Shown here: positions 21,101 to 30,301 of the stretch, piece after piece
Position numbering within the stretch: the first letter of the stretch is position 1
Layout of the letters: each line of letters starts with the position of its first letter
DNA from: Nitrospirota bacterium
GTDB lineage: Bacteria; Nitrospirota; Nitrospiria; Nitrospirales; Nitrospiraceae
DNA length: 64,000 nt
Assembly (NCBI GenBank): GCA_963701855.1
Contig: CAVPBK010000006.1
Coordinates: 1,056,001-1,120,000 of the forward strand
Reading direction: 5' to 3'
Translations under genes and position numbers: made by a program
Notes under the pieces: model-generated
Database searches by the model: none
What the model was told of the DNA's origin: nothing
What the model saw: only the letters and a program-made list of their open reading frames with translations

Positions 21101-21369
21101 GTCATGTGCCCGTCATTGGTGCTGGTGGAATCGTAGTACAGAAGGTTGTCGATGCCGGGAAGCTGCACTTCGATCGGCCGCGCGACTGAATCTGCGATCA
21201 CCTCCGCGCTCGCTCCCGGATAGTCCGCATCGATCTGGATGACGGGCGGCGTGATTTCCGGAAACTGGGCGATCGGTAAGCCTTGTAAAGAGACCAATCC
21301 CAGGACGACAATCACGACGGACAGGACCGAAGCGAAGATCGGCCGATCGATAAAAAAGTGCGGGATCAT
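18199..21369 (-). CDS. RND efflux permease, HAE1 (AcrB/MexB) family
   Basis: FFIDRPIFA, GMVVDDAIVVVENVER, AKNAILIVEFA and RYRPIVMTS motifs; 1056 aa. Confidence 0.95.
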   Translation of the reverse strand: MIPHFFIDRPIFASVLSVVIVVLGLVSLQGLPIAQFPEITPPVIQIDADYPGASAEVIADSVARPIEVQLPGIDNLLYYDSTSTNDGHMTIKLTFEIGTNVDIAQVQTQNRQKLAEPQLPPEVVRQGISVKKVSPDLLAVVALSSSDPTKDTVFVSNYALLNVIDNLKRIRGVGDAVVFGGQNYSMRLILNPTRMAQLSLTPTDIANVVREQNRDFPAGTIGREPAPKGTELTIPVITQGRLTDVKDFEEMIVRALPDGSMIRLKDVAKIELGAQSYSLEGRWNGKPNVFLLTFLSPGANALDTVKRVRKEMDTVSKSFPHGVSYDIPYDTTKFIEVSIKEVVKTLAQAMVLVILVVYLFLQSWRATLIPGVAVPVSLIGTFAGMQALGFSINTLTLFGMVLAIGMVVDDAIVVVENVERHIREGLSPKDAAKKAMDEVSGPVIAIVLVLCAVFVPVAFLGGITGELYKQFAITIAISVIISGITALTLSPALCSLVLKPGHSQRGGFFGVFNRLFGWTQARYTAVVGTLLNRSVLSLVLFGIIGLFAAGLFKTIPFSFLPEEDQGYFITIVQLPDGASKQRTDAVLSKIENYFLSVPAIHSTDALSGQNFVFGTRGPNAATMFLPLHHWDEREGPRNHVKALIGAAYGEFAKIPEALILAFNAPSIRGLGATGGFSLQLQDPSSGDFNKFAGVTQEFLVKARQHPAIGAVGSSFRVSAPRIFAHVDRERAKSLGVPISEVFDTLQAYFGNLYINDFLKFGRVYRVQTEAEAQFRSSPEDVAKIYVRAVTGQRSTMIPLDTVVTTEFTSGPDPVTHFNGYNTALVLGAAAPGYSSGQVLDALDQVAKEVLVPQGYGIDWSGISYQERMVGQQSLLAFGFGLLMVFLVLAAQYESWAVPFAVLLAVPFGIFGALSAVWVMGMSNDIYFQIGLVTLIGLSAKNAILIVEFANKRYEAGYSLVDAAMEAAKIRYRPIVMTSMAFILGVVPLVLATGAGAASRNSIGTGVFGGMVAATFLAINFVPFFFVLVRKLSRRDADQAGPRPGTSSIPLGIEGGE

Positions 21370-22580
21370 TTTGCCTGCTCCGGCTTCGCATCTGCCGGCT
21401 GGCCGGAAGCGGCCGGGTCGGATTGATTATAGGGAACGGTTTTCACCGGCGCGCCCGGCGCGATCATGTGGAATCCCGCGATGATCACCCGCTCTCCCTC
21501 GAGTAACCCGTCTTCGATGGACCACTGATTGCCGCGCCAGGACGTGGCCCGAACAGGGCGGATCTCCACCTTATTGTCTGGGCCGACGACAAAAACGATG
21601 GGGCCCTTGGGTCCCTGCTGGACGGCGCTCTGTGGGACCAGGATGACGCCGGTTCTCACGGCGCCCAAAATGCGGACTTTCACGAACTGTCCGGGGAACA
21701 GCACGTTCTCCGGATTAGGAAAGATCACGCGAAAGTCCCTGGTACCGGTAGCCGAGCGGACGCCGACTTCGAGCAAATCAAACTTGCCTTCATGTGCATA
21801 GGTGCTGCCGTCCGTAAAGGTGATGACACCACGCAGTTCATAAAGCGTCGCACCTTGGATCCGATGAGTCGCGCGGTCCCTGAATCGCTTGAGGACAAAC
21901 GTTTCCGGAGCGCTCGCATTCACGTACATGGGATCTAACTGGTGGATCGTGGTCAGCAGATCGGTCTGCGCGGAGATGAGGCGCCCTTCGTAGAGCCGAC
22001 TCCGCTCGATCCGACCGCTGATAGGCGCCGTGATGAGCGAGTTGTCGAGATCGAACTTGGCCTTCATCTGATCGCCCTTGGCTCCCTCCAGCGCCGCCTT
22101 GGCAGCCATTTCCTCCGCCACCGCATCGTCCACATCTTTTTGGCTGACGGCCTGTTCTGCCAGCAGCGGTTTCACGCGAGCAGAATTTTGCTTGGCTTGC
22201 ACCAGCCTGGCCTCTGCCTGCGCCACCCTGGCATTGGCGCTGCTCATGGCTGCTTTGAACGGAATCGGATCGATTTGATACAGCCGGTCGCCTCGCTTGA
22301 CGTCGCGCCCCTCAGTAAAAAACCGCTCTTTGAGGATACCCGTCACCTGGGAGCGGATTTCGACCGGTCGCGACGCTTCGGTCTGACCGATGAACTCCGG
22401 TTCATCCGGCATCGTGCCAGACGACACCGTAACCACCGGCACCTCCGGAACAGGACGAGCCGGCGTAGAGGCTGCCTCCTGCTTGCACCCAGGCAGTCCG
22501 AGGAGTCCGAGAATCAGCAGAACACCGAGCAGACTGAACATGAGTCTCTGTGCTCGATTCTGTGTCATCATGTTTGCCAT
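21366..22580 (-). CDS. RND membrane fusion lipoprotein (AcrA family)
   Basis: Lipobox LPGC, EIRSQVTG and ITAPISGRI motifs; start uncertain between 22580 and 22649. Confidence 0.9.
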   Translation of the reverse strand: MANMMTQNRAQRLMFSLLGVLLILGLLGLPGCKQEAASTPARPVPEVPVVTVSSGTMPDEPEFIGQTEASRPVEIRSQVTGILKERFFTEGRDVKRGDRLYQIDPIPFKAAMSSANARVAQAEARLVQAKQNSARVKPLLAEQAVSQKDVDDAVAEEMAAKAALEGAKGDQMKAKFDLDNSLITAPISGRIERSRLYEGRLISAQTDLLTTIHQLDPMYVNASAPETFVLKRFRDRATHRIQGATLYELRGVITFTDGSTYAHEGKFDLLEVGVRSATGTRDFRVIFPNPENVLFPGQFVKVRILGAVRTGVILVPQSAVQQGPKGPIVFVVGPDNKVEIRPVRATSWRGNQWSIEDGLLEGERVIIAGFHMIAPGAPVKTVPYNQSDPAASGQPADAKPEQAK

Positions 22581-22626
22581 TAATCGTTCTTCGGGAATCA
22601 TCCTGTCACTTCGCACGTTCACCCCT

Positions 22627-22902
22627 TCAAGCATCTTGCACAATCTCATTCACGATACAACTTGTCAGACAGCCGGAAGCGATGAGCGTCGCCCCCTGTC
22701 GATGGATCTTCTTCAGCAGATCCTTCCCGTCTGAATCAACATAGGTCACGGCTGACAGGTCTACAGACAGAGGGTGGTGCGTCGGCATGCCGACGGTTGA
22801 GGCCCAACACCGTTCCAGCTCCTGTACCCAAGGTCCGGCCAAACGTCCCTCAAGCCTAAGAACAGTCGATTCTGCATTCATGAGTGTCGTAATTTTCAAC
22901 AT
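22627..22902 (-). CDS. Small STAS-domain (anti-anti-sigma-like) protein
   Basis: LRLEGRL...VDLSAVTYVDSDG STAS pattern; GGGGGAG RBS before ATG 22902. Confidence 0.75.
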   Translation of the reverse strand: MLKITTLMNAESTVLRLEGRLAGPWVQELERCWASTVGMPTHHPLSVDLSAVTYVDSDGKDLLKKIHRQGATLIASGCLTSCIVNEIVQDA

Positions 22903-22930
22903 AGATTCTCCCCCTCGCCTATATGGGATG

Positions 22931-22945
22931 GCAAGGAGCATTCCA
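22931..22945 (-). promoter_or_regulatory. sigma54 (-24/-12) promoter of the STAS-RND-OMF-ABC operon
   Basis: Minus strand TGGAATGCTCCTTGC, with GG-N10-GC spacing, about 30 nt before the start codon. Confidence 0.7.
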
Positions 22946-23026
22946 GCAGTCGAGAGCGAGTTCACCTTCATAACACATTGTTGTTCAGCGAAATATATCG
23001 AGACCCGTATCGTAGCCACGTCTCAC

Positions 23027-23074
23027 TGACGACGGTGGTCTGCCGATATCCCGGCACTCGCCGAACCATCGGCA
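23027..23074. promoter_or_regulatory. Putative enhancer (bEBP upstream activating sites)
   Basis: TGACGA half-site, then TGCCGATATCCCGGCA and CGCCGAACCATCGGCA palindromes about 100 bp upstream of the sigma54 promoter; same layout as 30751-30799. Confidence 0.65.
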
Positions 23075-23225
23075 GGAGACGAAAGAACGGATCATCGAGT
23101 GGGTTTCCAAGACTACGTGCGACATACAAGCCGACGTTCGTAGATGCTCGGATAGCTAGCCGGCTGATACGGCATGAAGCGTCATTGCTCTATCGCTATG
23201 GGCGCAGGCCTTCTTCAGCAACCAT

Positions 23226-26200
23226 TCAACCAGCGGATGCTGTCTGCTCAAGCGACCGCCCGTTTCCATCTGTCAGCAGTTCGTTGCGCTCACGTTCCTC
23301 GTGCGACGGGCTCGGCTGGTGCTGTGCCGCAATCAGCGAATAGAAGACCGGCACGACGAAGAGAGTGAATACCGTGCCCACGGTCATGCCGGTGACCAAC
23401 ACCATGCCGATGCTGTTGCGGGCAGCCGCTCCCGGTCCCGAAGCCAGCACCAGAGGGAGATGCCCGAAAACGGTGGCCGCCGAGGTCATCAGCACCGGTC
23501 GCAGTCGCGTCAATGACGCCTCGCGCAACGCGGCGGCCTTCGAGAGACCGCGAGCCTGCAGCGTGTTGGCGAATTCCACGATGAGGATGCCGTTCTTCGC
23601 GATCAGTCCGACCAGCGTAATCAGCCCGACCTGGGAGTAGATGTTGATCGTGGTCAGGTCCAGGAAGGTAAAGATCAGCGCCCCGGAAATCGCGAGCGGT
23701 ACCGAGCCCGTAAGGACGATCAACGGATCGCGAAAGCTCTGGAACTGCGCCGCGAGCACCAGATAGATGAGTACGATCGCGAACCCGAGCGTGACAATGA
23801 GCGCAGACCCCTCGTGACGGATCTGCCGTGACTCGCCCGCGTAGTCGAGGGCGACGCCTGGTCCGCTCGCTGCAGCGGCTGCGGCTTCGAGGACGCGCAG
23901 CCCTTCTTCCTTGGTGACGCCCGGCTTGACGCCGCCGAAGATTCGTACTGCGTTGCGCTGCTGGAAGCGGTTCAGGGTGCGCGGCGCCGTGCTCGTTTCG
24001 ATGTGCGTGAATGTCGAAACCGGCACAAGCTGGCCGCCCGGGGTCTTGATCTTGAGATCGAGGAGCGGATCGACCGTCGCGCGGTCTTTGTCGCCGATCT
24101 GTGGGATGACCTTGTAGCTGCGGTCGAAATAGTTGAACCGGTTCACATACGCGCCACCGAGGAGTGTGCCGAGCTCGCGGCCGACCCCCGCCAGGTCGAG
24201 CCCTAAGTCGGCGAGACGCTCACGGTCAAGCACCACACGCGCCTCAGGGAGGTCGATCTTGAGATCGGTGTCCACATACAAGAACTTGCCGCTTTGCCAA
24301 CCGGCGCCGAGCACTGCGCCGACCGTTTCGAGCATCTGTTGGGCCGGCACGTCGTTCTGCAGCACAAGTTCGACGTCATACTGGCCGGGGGTGGGCAGCG
24401 GCGGATCCAAGCGCGGGAACACGCGCAGGCCCGGCACCTGCGATACCGCGCCGAACACCGCACCGTACATCTCCTCCGTCGATCGTGCCCGTCCGTGCCA
24501 GTCCTTCGCAACCAGGCCTCCAAATCCACCCCATGCCGTCGTCAACGACCACGTGAATTCCGTCTCGGGAAAGGACGTAATGGTCCTCACGATCTGCAGA
24601 TGCTCGCGGTTGGTGGCGGCCACGGTGGAGTCCGGCGACGCTTCAAAAAACAGGCTGATATGGCTCTGATCCTCCACGGGAGCGAGTTCTTGCCGCGAAA
24701 ACATGTACAACGGCCACACCGAAATCATGATGAGCAGTGACGCCACCACGATCGCCCAGCGCATCTCCAGCGCACGGTCGAGCAGCCAGGCGTAGACACG
24801 GCGCACTTCTTCGAACCTTCTGTTGACGAAGGCGGTCAGCCGGCCTTCCTCGCCCTGAGGATGCACAAATCGAGAACTCATGACCGGCGACAGCGTCACC
24901 GCCACGATCCCCGATAAGACCACCGCCACGGCAAGCGTAATCGCGAACTCCAGGAACAGCGAGCCGGTCAAGCCGCCCTGGAAGCCGATCGGCGCGTAGA
25001 CCGCGGCCAACGTGATCGTCATAGCGATGATCGGACCAATCAGCTCGCGCGCACCGGCCAGCGCCGCCTCGATCCGAGACTTGCCCAGGCGCACGTGCCG
25101 CTCGACGTTCTCCACGACAACGATCGCATCGTCCACGACCAGCCCAACCGACAAGACGATCGCGAGCAGCGTCAAGAGATTGAGGCTGAAGCCGAACGCA
25201 AACATGAACGTCGCCGCTCCGATCAACGAGACCGGCATGGCCACGAGTGGCACGAGCGCCGTGCGTATCGAGCCCATGAAGAGAAACACGACCAACGCCA
25301 CGATCAGGATCGTTTCCGACAACGTCTTGCTGATCTCTGTCAGCGCGTTCCGCATGAACATCGTGCCGTCCCAGACGAGCTGCATATCGATGTCCTTCGG
25401 CAGGGTCGGCCTGATACGTTCCATTTCATCGCGCAGCCGGTGCGCGACCTCGATCTCGTTCGAACCGATCAGCGCCCAGATCCCAAGGTAGACACCCTCT
25501 TTCTCGTTGTACTTCGCGACCATGTCGGCCTCTTCGGCCCCATGCTCCACCTGGGCCACGTCTCTCAGCCGCACGATCGCGCCGCCCCGGTCGGCGACGA
25601 TCAGGTTTTCGAACTCCACGGCAGAGCGCAGGTCGGTATTCGCGAGCAGGTTGATCTGCACCAGGTTGCCTTTTGTTCGACCGACGGCCGCCAGGAAATT
25701 GTTGCGCTTGAGGGCCGCCTGTACGTCGCCGGGGGAAAGGTTCAGCGCGGCAAGGCGATCGGGGTCGATCCAAATCCGCATGGCGATCTGGCGGCCGCCT
25801 TCGAAGGTGACCCGCTGGACACCGGGCAACGTCGAGAGTTGGGGCTGCAGCGTGCGCAACAGCCAATCCGTGACGGCCGGCACACTGCGCTCCGTGGAGG
25901 TGAAGCTGAGATAGAATGACGCGTAGGGGCGATCGGCGCGTTGCATTTCGATCGCAGGCGGCTCGGCTTCCGCCGGCAGCTCGGATCGTACCTGTTGGAG
26001 CCGCGCGGTGACCTCAGCCAGGGCCGCCGTGCTGCTGTGGTTCAGCTTCAAGTGCACCGTAACGGTGCTGACACCAGCTCGGCTGGTTGACTCCACATAG
26101 TCGACACCGCCGATCGCGGAGACGACCCGCTCGATCGGCGTACTGAGAAAGCCGCGGACGGTTTCGGCGCTGGCGCCGTAGTAGACCGTCGTGATGATCA

Positions 26201-26336
26201 CGGATGAACTCTCGATCTTCGGGTATTGCTGCAACGGCAGGGTCGTCAGCGCCCGCCACCCCGCGAGCAGGATCACGAGATTCACAACGACCGCCAGCAC
26301 CGGGTGCTTGATGAAGATGTCGGTGAACGAGCGCAT
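23226..26336 (-). CDS. RND efflux permease (AcrB/AcrD/AcrF family)
   Basis: GLVVDDAIVVVENVER, AKNGILIVEFAN and RLRPVLMTS motifs; 1036 aa. Confidence 0.94.
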   Translation of the reverse strand: MRSFTDIFIKHPVLAVVVNLVILLAGWRALTTLPLQQYPKIESSSVIITTVYYGASAETVRGFLSTPIERVVSAIGGVDYVESTSRAGVSTVTVHLKLNHSSTAALAEVTARLQQVRSELPAEAEPPAIEMQRADRPYASFYLSFTSTERSVPAVTDWLLRTLQPQLSTLPGVQRVTFEGGRQIAMRIWIDPDRLAALNLSPGDVQAALKRNNFLAAVGRTKGNLVQINLLANTDLRSAVEFENLIVADRGGAIVRLRDVAQVEHGAEEADMVAKYNEKEGVYLGIWALIGSNEIEVAHRLRDEMERIRPTLPKDIDMQLVWDGTMFMRNALTEISKTLSETILIVALVVFLFMGSIRTALVPLVAMPVSLIGAATFMFAFGFSLNLLTLLAIVLSVGLVVDDAIVVVENVERHVRLGKSRIEAALAGARELIGPIIAMTITLAAVYAPIGFQGGLTGSLFLEFAITLAVAVVLSGIVAVTLSPVMSSRFVHPQGEEGRLTAFVNRRFEEVRRVYAWLLDRALEMRWAIVVASLLIMISVWPLYMFSRQELAPVEDQSHISLFFEASPDSTVAATNREHLQIVRTITSFPETEFTWSLTTAWGGFGGLVAKDWHGRARSTEEMYGAVFGAVSQVPGLRVFPRLDPPLPTPGQYDVELVLQNDVPAQQMLETVGAVLGAGWQSGKFLYVDTDLKIDLPEARVVLDRERLADLGLDLAGVGRELGTLLGGAYVNRFNYFDRSYKVIPQIGDKDRATVDPLLDLKIKTPGGQLVPVSTFTHIETSTAPRTLNRFQQRNAVRIFGGVKPGVTKEEGLRVLEAAAAAASGPGVALDYAGESRQIRHEGSALIVTLGFAIVLIYLVLAAQFQSFRDPLIVLTGSVPLAISGALIFTFLDLTTINIYSQVGLITLVGLIAKNGILIVEFANTLQARGLSKAAALREASLTRLRPVLMTSAATVFGHLPLVLASGPGAAARNSIGMVLVTGMTVGTVFTLFVVPVFYSLIAAQHQPSPSHEERERNELLTDGNGRSLEQTASAG

Positions 26337-26368
26337 GCAGATGTCCTTCCCCTGTCGTTCCGGCTCGC

Positions 26369-27499
26369 TCAGCGCTCGCCGACGATCACCTGACCTGACC
26401 TGCCCCCATCCTCGGGGCTGCCGGCGATCGCGACGAGCGCGGCTTCTCGCAGTTTGAAGGACCCCGAGACAGCCACTCGTTCGCCGGCAGACAGGCCGGT
26501 TTCAATCATGACCTCGTCGCCGAGCATCGCGCCACTCTCGACCTGCCGCACGTGCGCACGGCTTTTACCGTTCTTGTCCGGCTCAATCACGAATACCTGA
26601 TCGCCGCCCGGACCCTTGCGCATGGCGCTCACGGGGATGGCGACAGCCTTGCGTGGCAGGCCGACCGGAACCCGGACACGCACCGAAGAGCCGGGCGACG
26701 GCGCGTTGGCCGCGCCCTCTATTCTCGCGCGCACCATGGCGTTGCGTGTCGTCGGATCGATACGCGCATCCACCGCGACGATTTTGGCTGTAATCGGGGA
26801 AGATTGGCCTGCGACGGATATGTCGACGCTGTCGCCTTCCCGCAGGCCGGCGGCGACCTGCTGCGCGACCGTGAAGTCCACATGTGCTGCATCGTCGATA
26901 CCCTGCAGCGTCGTGAGTTCGGTGCCCTCGTTCAGATACTGGCCAGGATGCAAATCCGCCATACCGACTCGCGCGTGGAACGGCGCCCGAATGGTCTTGC
27001 GGGCTATGATCGCCTTGGTGCGCGCGATCTGAGCCAACGCGACATCGAGGTCTGCGCGCGCACGATCCACCTCCTCCTGGGTCGTGGCACGGTCATGAGT
27101 CAAGTTGTTCCTGCGGTGGAGCACCGTCCGCGCGAGAGTAGACTGCGCTTCCTGCGCTTTCAGCTCAGCTTCTTCGACGGACACGTCGAGGGCCACGAGC
27201 ACCATGCCCGCTTCGACGATTTGCCCTGGCGTGAGGCTCACATAACGGACAGTGCCTGGGAGCTCGTTGCGCAACGTGATCGACCGTAGCGCCAAAACCG
27301 TCCCGATGGACGTGGCGGTGTGGCGGTGCTCAACCTCTTTTGCGAGGGCCACCGTCACCGATTCCATCGGCTCCGGCTGGTTCGCGGAAGCCGCTGCGGT
27401 TTCCTGTATGGACGTATATTTCCACGCTGCCAGGCCAACACCGACCGACACAACCGTGACGAGCAGCAAAAAAGATCCGATCCAACTCCGATGATTCAT
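26369..27499 (-). CDS. RND periplasmic adaptor (membrane fusion protein)
   Basis: N-terminal TM, IRAPFHARVG and IDPTTRNAMVRA motifs. Confidence 0.9.
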   Translation of the reverse strand: MNHRSWIGSFLLLVTVVSVGVGLAAWKYTSIQETAAASANQPEPMESVTVALAKEVEHRHTATSIGTVLALRSITLRNELPGTVRYVSLTPGQIVEAGMVLVALDVSVEEAELKAQEAQSTLARTVLHRRNNLTHDRATTQEEVDRARADLDVALAQIARTKAIIARKTIRAPFHARVGMADLHPGQYLNEGTELTTLQGIDDAAHVDFTVAQQVAAGLREGDSVDISVAGQSSPITAKIVAVDARIDPTTRNAMVRARIEGAANAPSPGSSVRVRVPVGLPRKAVAIPVSAMRKGPGGDQVFVIEPDKNGKSRAHVRQVESGAMLGDEVMIETGLSAGERVAVSGSFKLREAALVAIAGSPEDGGRSGQVIVGER

Positions 27500-28119
27500 A
27501 CGCGACGCCCTCCCGAACGTTTCCTTGATGAACCCTTGACCTTGGGTGAGCGGCGAGCCGGAGCCGCGCGGGCGAGCATATCCTCGAGCGCGCGGCGCAC
27601 CCGAACGACGCGGACTTGTTCGAGTGGAACGATTCCCAGTACCCAGTCGAGCCAGAGTCCATCGATCGCGGCGGCAACCGCTTCACCAACGCCCGGCGGC
27701 AGGCCGTCCTGTGCGATGCGCCGGTGGAGGTCGGCGTAGACCGCGCGCATGGGCTGGATCAATGCGGGGTTCTGAGCGAGCGCCGCGAATACGGCGGAGG
27801 AACTGCGCCGCAGTTCCTCCGTCCAGCACTTGGCGTCCGAAAGGCAGTGATCCAAGAGCGCGCGCGCCATGCGCCCGGGTCCTTCCGGTGTGCGCTCGTA
27901 CGCTTCGGTGTAGCAGGATCGCCAACCTTCTGCGGTACGGATGACCAATGCTTCGACGAGCCGGTCCTTCGATGGGAAGTAATGCAGCAGGCCGCCTTTG
28001 CTCATGCGCGCCTCAGCGGCGACGGCATCGAGCGTCAGGTTCGCGATTCCCTGGCGGGCGACTACGGCTTCGGTGGCATCGAGGAGCATATCTTGTAGCT
28101 TCGAGGTTGTCTGTTTCAT
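27496..28119 (-). CDS. TetR/AcrR-family transcriptional regulator
   Basis: HTH LTLDAVAAEARMSKGGLLHYFPSK; start placed at MKQTTSK. Confidence 0.92.
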   Translation of the reverse strand: MKQTTSKLQDMLLDATEAVVARQGIANLTLDAVAAEARMSKGGLLHYFPSKDRLVEALVIRTAEGWRSCYTEAYERTPEGPGRMARALLDHCLSDAKCWTEELRRSSSAVFAALAQNPALIQPMRAVYADLHRRIAQDGLPPGVGEAVAAAIDGLWLDWVLGIVPLEQVRVVRVRRALEDMLARAAPARRSPKVKGSSRKRSGGRRV

Positions 28120-28125
28120 GGGAGA

Positions 28126-28167
28126 AGAATACCGTCCGGTTGGTCGAGTGTCAACCGTCCGGTCGGT
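28126..28167 (-). promoter_or_regulatory. sigma70 promoter with TetR-type operators
   Basis: TTGACA (28154-28149), 17-nt spacer, TATTCT (28131-28126); ACCGTCCGGT(T/C)GGT imperfect palindromes at 28131-28144 and 28154-28167. Confidence 0.7.
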
Positions 28168-28482
28168 CGGTTCATGTTCTCCCACACGTGCAGTCGATTT
28201 ATCCGATAGACCGAGCGCCATTTTCACACCCCATGTGTGAGAATTTTCTGTGATCGCTCCATGCCCCACTCCAAAATTTCCCGCTAGGAGTTGCTACATC
28301 GCGCAAGGTCTGCTTGCCGCCTCCTGCGTATATTGAGCCATGCTTGAGAGCCAACCGTAGAACTGATCTTGAGCGATTCACATAGTTTGCTTGCTGCTGT
28401 CACGTTGTCCTCCTGTGCCGGAACAATCAACACCACACCTTTGCCTGAACTCACATCGATTCCCAATAAGCCGTGACTACAC

Positions 28483-29205
28483 TTAGCGTTGCAGCCGCCG
28501 AAGCACGGCATAGAAGGCCGGCACCTTCACCACTTCACCCGTCGGGAGAGTATGCACGGTCTGTATATGATTCTTGCCGGTGCGAAAAAGCGTAAATCGA
28601 TCCGGCGGAAACAGCCTCTCTAAGTCATTTTCGTTCACCATGCCAGGCGTAATCTGATGCTGAAATACCCGCGCAAGGCCAGGGGGTGATCCATACTGTG
28701 TAATCAGCTGGGCAAAGAAGGGCTCAGCCGCTGACGACAGCTCGATAAGATACAGAGTCCCTTTTGTCCCAAGCAGCTGCTCGATACTCTCGATCGCCGT
28801 CGCGTGATCTGCCGGCGACAGTTGATGCAACACCGCCCGCATGTAGAGATTGGCATCACCAATTTCCTCGTGCAGGGCTTGGGCATCCTCAGGACACAGT
28901 ACATCAAGAACACGGTACGAGATGTTGGGAGCCGCATGTTTCGTTCGGGCAATATCTACTGCGGCCGGAGAAATTTCAGTGCCCATCACCTTTGCAAAAT
29001 GATCCGCAAGAAAGCGCGTTTGCGTTCCGTTGCCACACCCGAGATCAATTAACGGAAGCTTCGGGTCGACGAAACCTTGAAAGAGCGCCAAATCTTGTTG
29101 GGCTGCATGAGCGGGATCGGCATCCCAAAATATTTCACCGGGCGCACCTGTCGAAGTGCTCCAAAAGCTTTCCCAGGATGTCGCATAACGATTTGCTGAT
29201 GCCAT
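28483..29205 (-). CDS. Class I SAM-dependent methyltransferase
   Basis: LIDLGCGNGTQT motif and YMRAVLHQL; start at MASANRY after an AAGGA RBS. Confidence 0.85.
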   Translation of the reverse strand: MASANRYATSWESFWSTSTGAPGEIFWDADPAHAAQQDLALFQGFVDPKLPLIDLGCGNGTQTRFLADHFAKVMGTEISPAAVDIARTKHAAPNISYRVLDVLCPEDAQALHEEIGDANLYMRAVLHQLSPADHATAIESIEQLLGTKGTLYLIELSSAAEPFFAQLITQYGSPPGLARVFQHQITPGMVNENDLERLFPPDRFTLFRTGKNHIQTVHTLPTGEVVKVPAFYAVLRRLQR

Positions 29206-29303
29206 GGTTTTGTCCTTTGCTAGTTCTATCGATATCAGAAGGACGCACCTGCGCCTTCTCTCATTTGTAAACCATCTGATCGCGGGCTGGAACGCCCGAC
29301 CTC

Positions 29304-29891
29304 CTAGGAACGGAAGGCGGCCCACCAATTTCGCAGCCACGTCGAGCGAAGCAGCTTGTATCCGAGCCAGGCCGCGAGCAGCACGCCGAGCAGTGGTATT
29401 GCCACGGTGCGCATTAGCTTCTGATAGTCGGTCATCTGTACACGCAAGAGATACTGCGGGCGTCGCATCAGATTCTGTTTTTCCGTCGCAATGGTGACCG
29501 TATATAGGCCTTCATCCAACTTGACTTCGCTCCTGAGCACGCCGTCCGGGTGGGTGCTCGGACGAATTTCTGCCACAATCTGATCGTCTGTCGCAGCGCT
29601 CCCGCTCCCCCTCACGACCCTCATGCCGACCAGCTCATTGCGCAACGCTGGGTCCACAAGGTCCACGACCAGGAAGGTATCGCCTTCCTGGGGAATGTCC
29701 GTACAGTATTGATCTTTTAACTGGTATTGCGGCTGATAGGCGTTGAAATGGACGACCCGCTCACCGACCTGCCGCAAGCACGGGTCATCTTCTCCGCTCA
29801 CGCCTCCATGCGCTACGGCTACGTCGGGGTGGTGCAGTGCGGCAACAAGAAGAAACACCGTTGAACATACCCCTGTCACGTGTTTCAGCAT
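29304..29891 (-). CDS. AmoD/AmoE-PmoD family periplasmic copper protein (orphan copy)
   Basis: Signal peptide then HGG, DDPCx7VxHFNAYQPQ..QYCTDIP..FLVVDLVD..LR, and one C-terminal TM helix; this matches the PmoD/AmoD layout as I recall it. Confidence 0.75.
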   Translation of the reverse strand: MLKHVTGVCSTVFLLVAALHHPDVAVAHGGVSGEDDPCLRQVGERVVHFNAYQPQYQLKDQYCTDIPQEGDTFLVVDLVDPALRNELVGMRVVRGSGSAATDDQIVAEIRPSTHPDGVLRSEVKLDEGLYTVTIATEKQNLMRRPQYLLRVQMTDYQKLMRTVAIPLLGVLLAAWLGYKLLRSTWLRNWWAAFRS

Positions 29892-30055
29892 GGCTAAACC
29901 CTCCTGTTTGGGATCTTGCGATGAGCTGCTGTTTGCTCAGCCCACGATGACGGTGCCCCGTGCGGCTTCGCGATCCCAATGCGTCGTGTATGGCATATCA
30001 TCCGTCTGTGGCCTCCGCCGCCCCCCTCTTCGGCCTATTCCCTTCGACGATCCAG

Positions 30056-30193
30056 TCAGCGCCGTGTCCGCAAGCGGGATAATGGGAAGCCCTGGGCGAC
30101 GCGCACACGCGCCTTCACCGTTTTCCATGGCGTGGTACGTAAGCCCCAACAGAGCGCTCCTATTGCCAGTGCCACCGCGATCATCCGGTCCAT
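30056..30193 (-). CDS. Small 45-aa hydrophobic/basic protein (below the ORF track cutoff)
   Basis: GAGGAGG RBS, then MDRMIAVALAIGALCWGLRTTPWKTVKARVRVAQGFPLSRLRTRR*. Confidence 0.45.
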   Translation of the reverse strand: MDRMIAVALAIGALCWGLRTTPWKTVKARVRVAQGFPLSRLRTRR

Positions 30194-30301
30194 GTTGCCC
30201 TCCTCGTCACCACTGACAATCTCAATTTATTCTTGTCACCCGTCTCTGTGGCTCACCGAGCAGACAGGCCCTTCCAGGGTGTGGAGAAGGGCCTGTCTGC
30301 C

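Noticed and set aside
27496..28269. Full-length 257-aa TetR start at 28269
   Set aside because: The extension covers the promoter and operators; the TetR domain begins near 28119.
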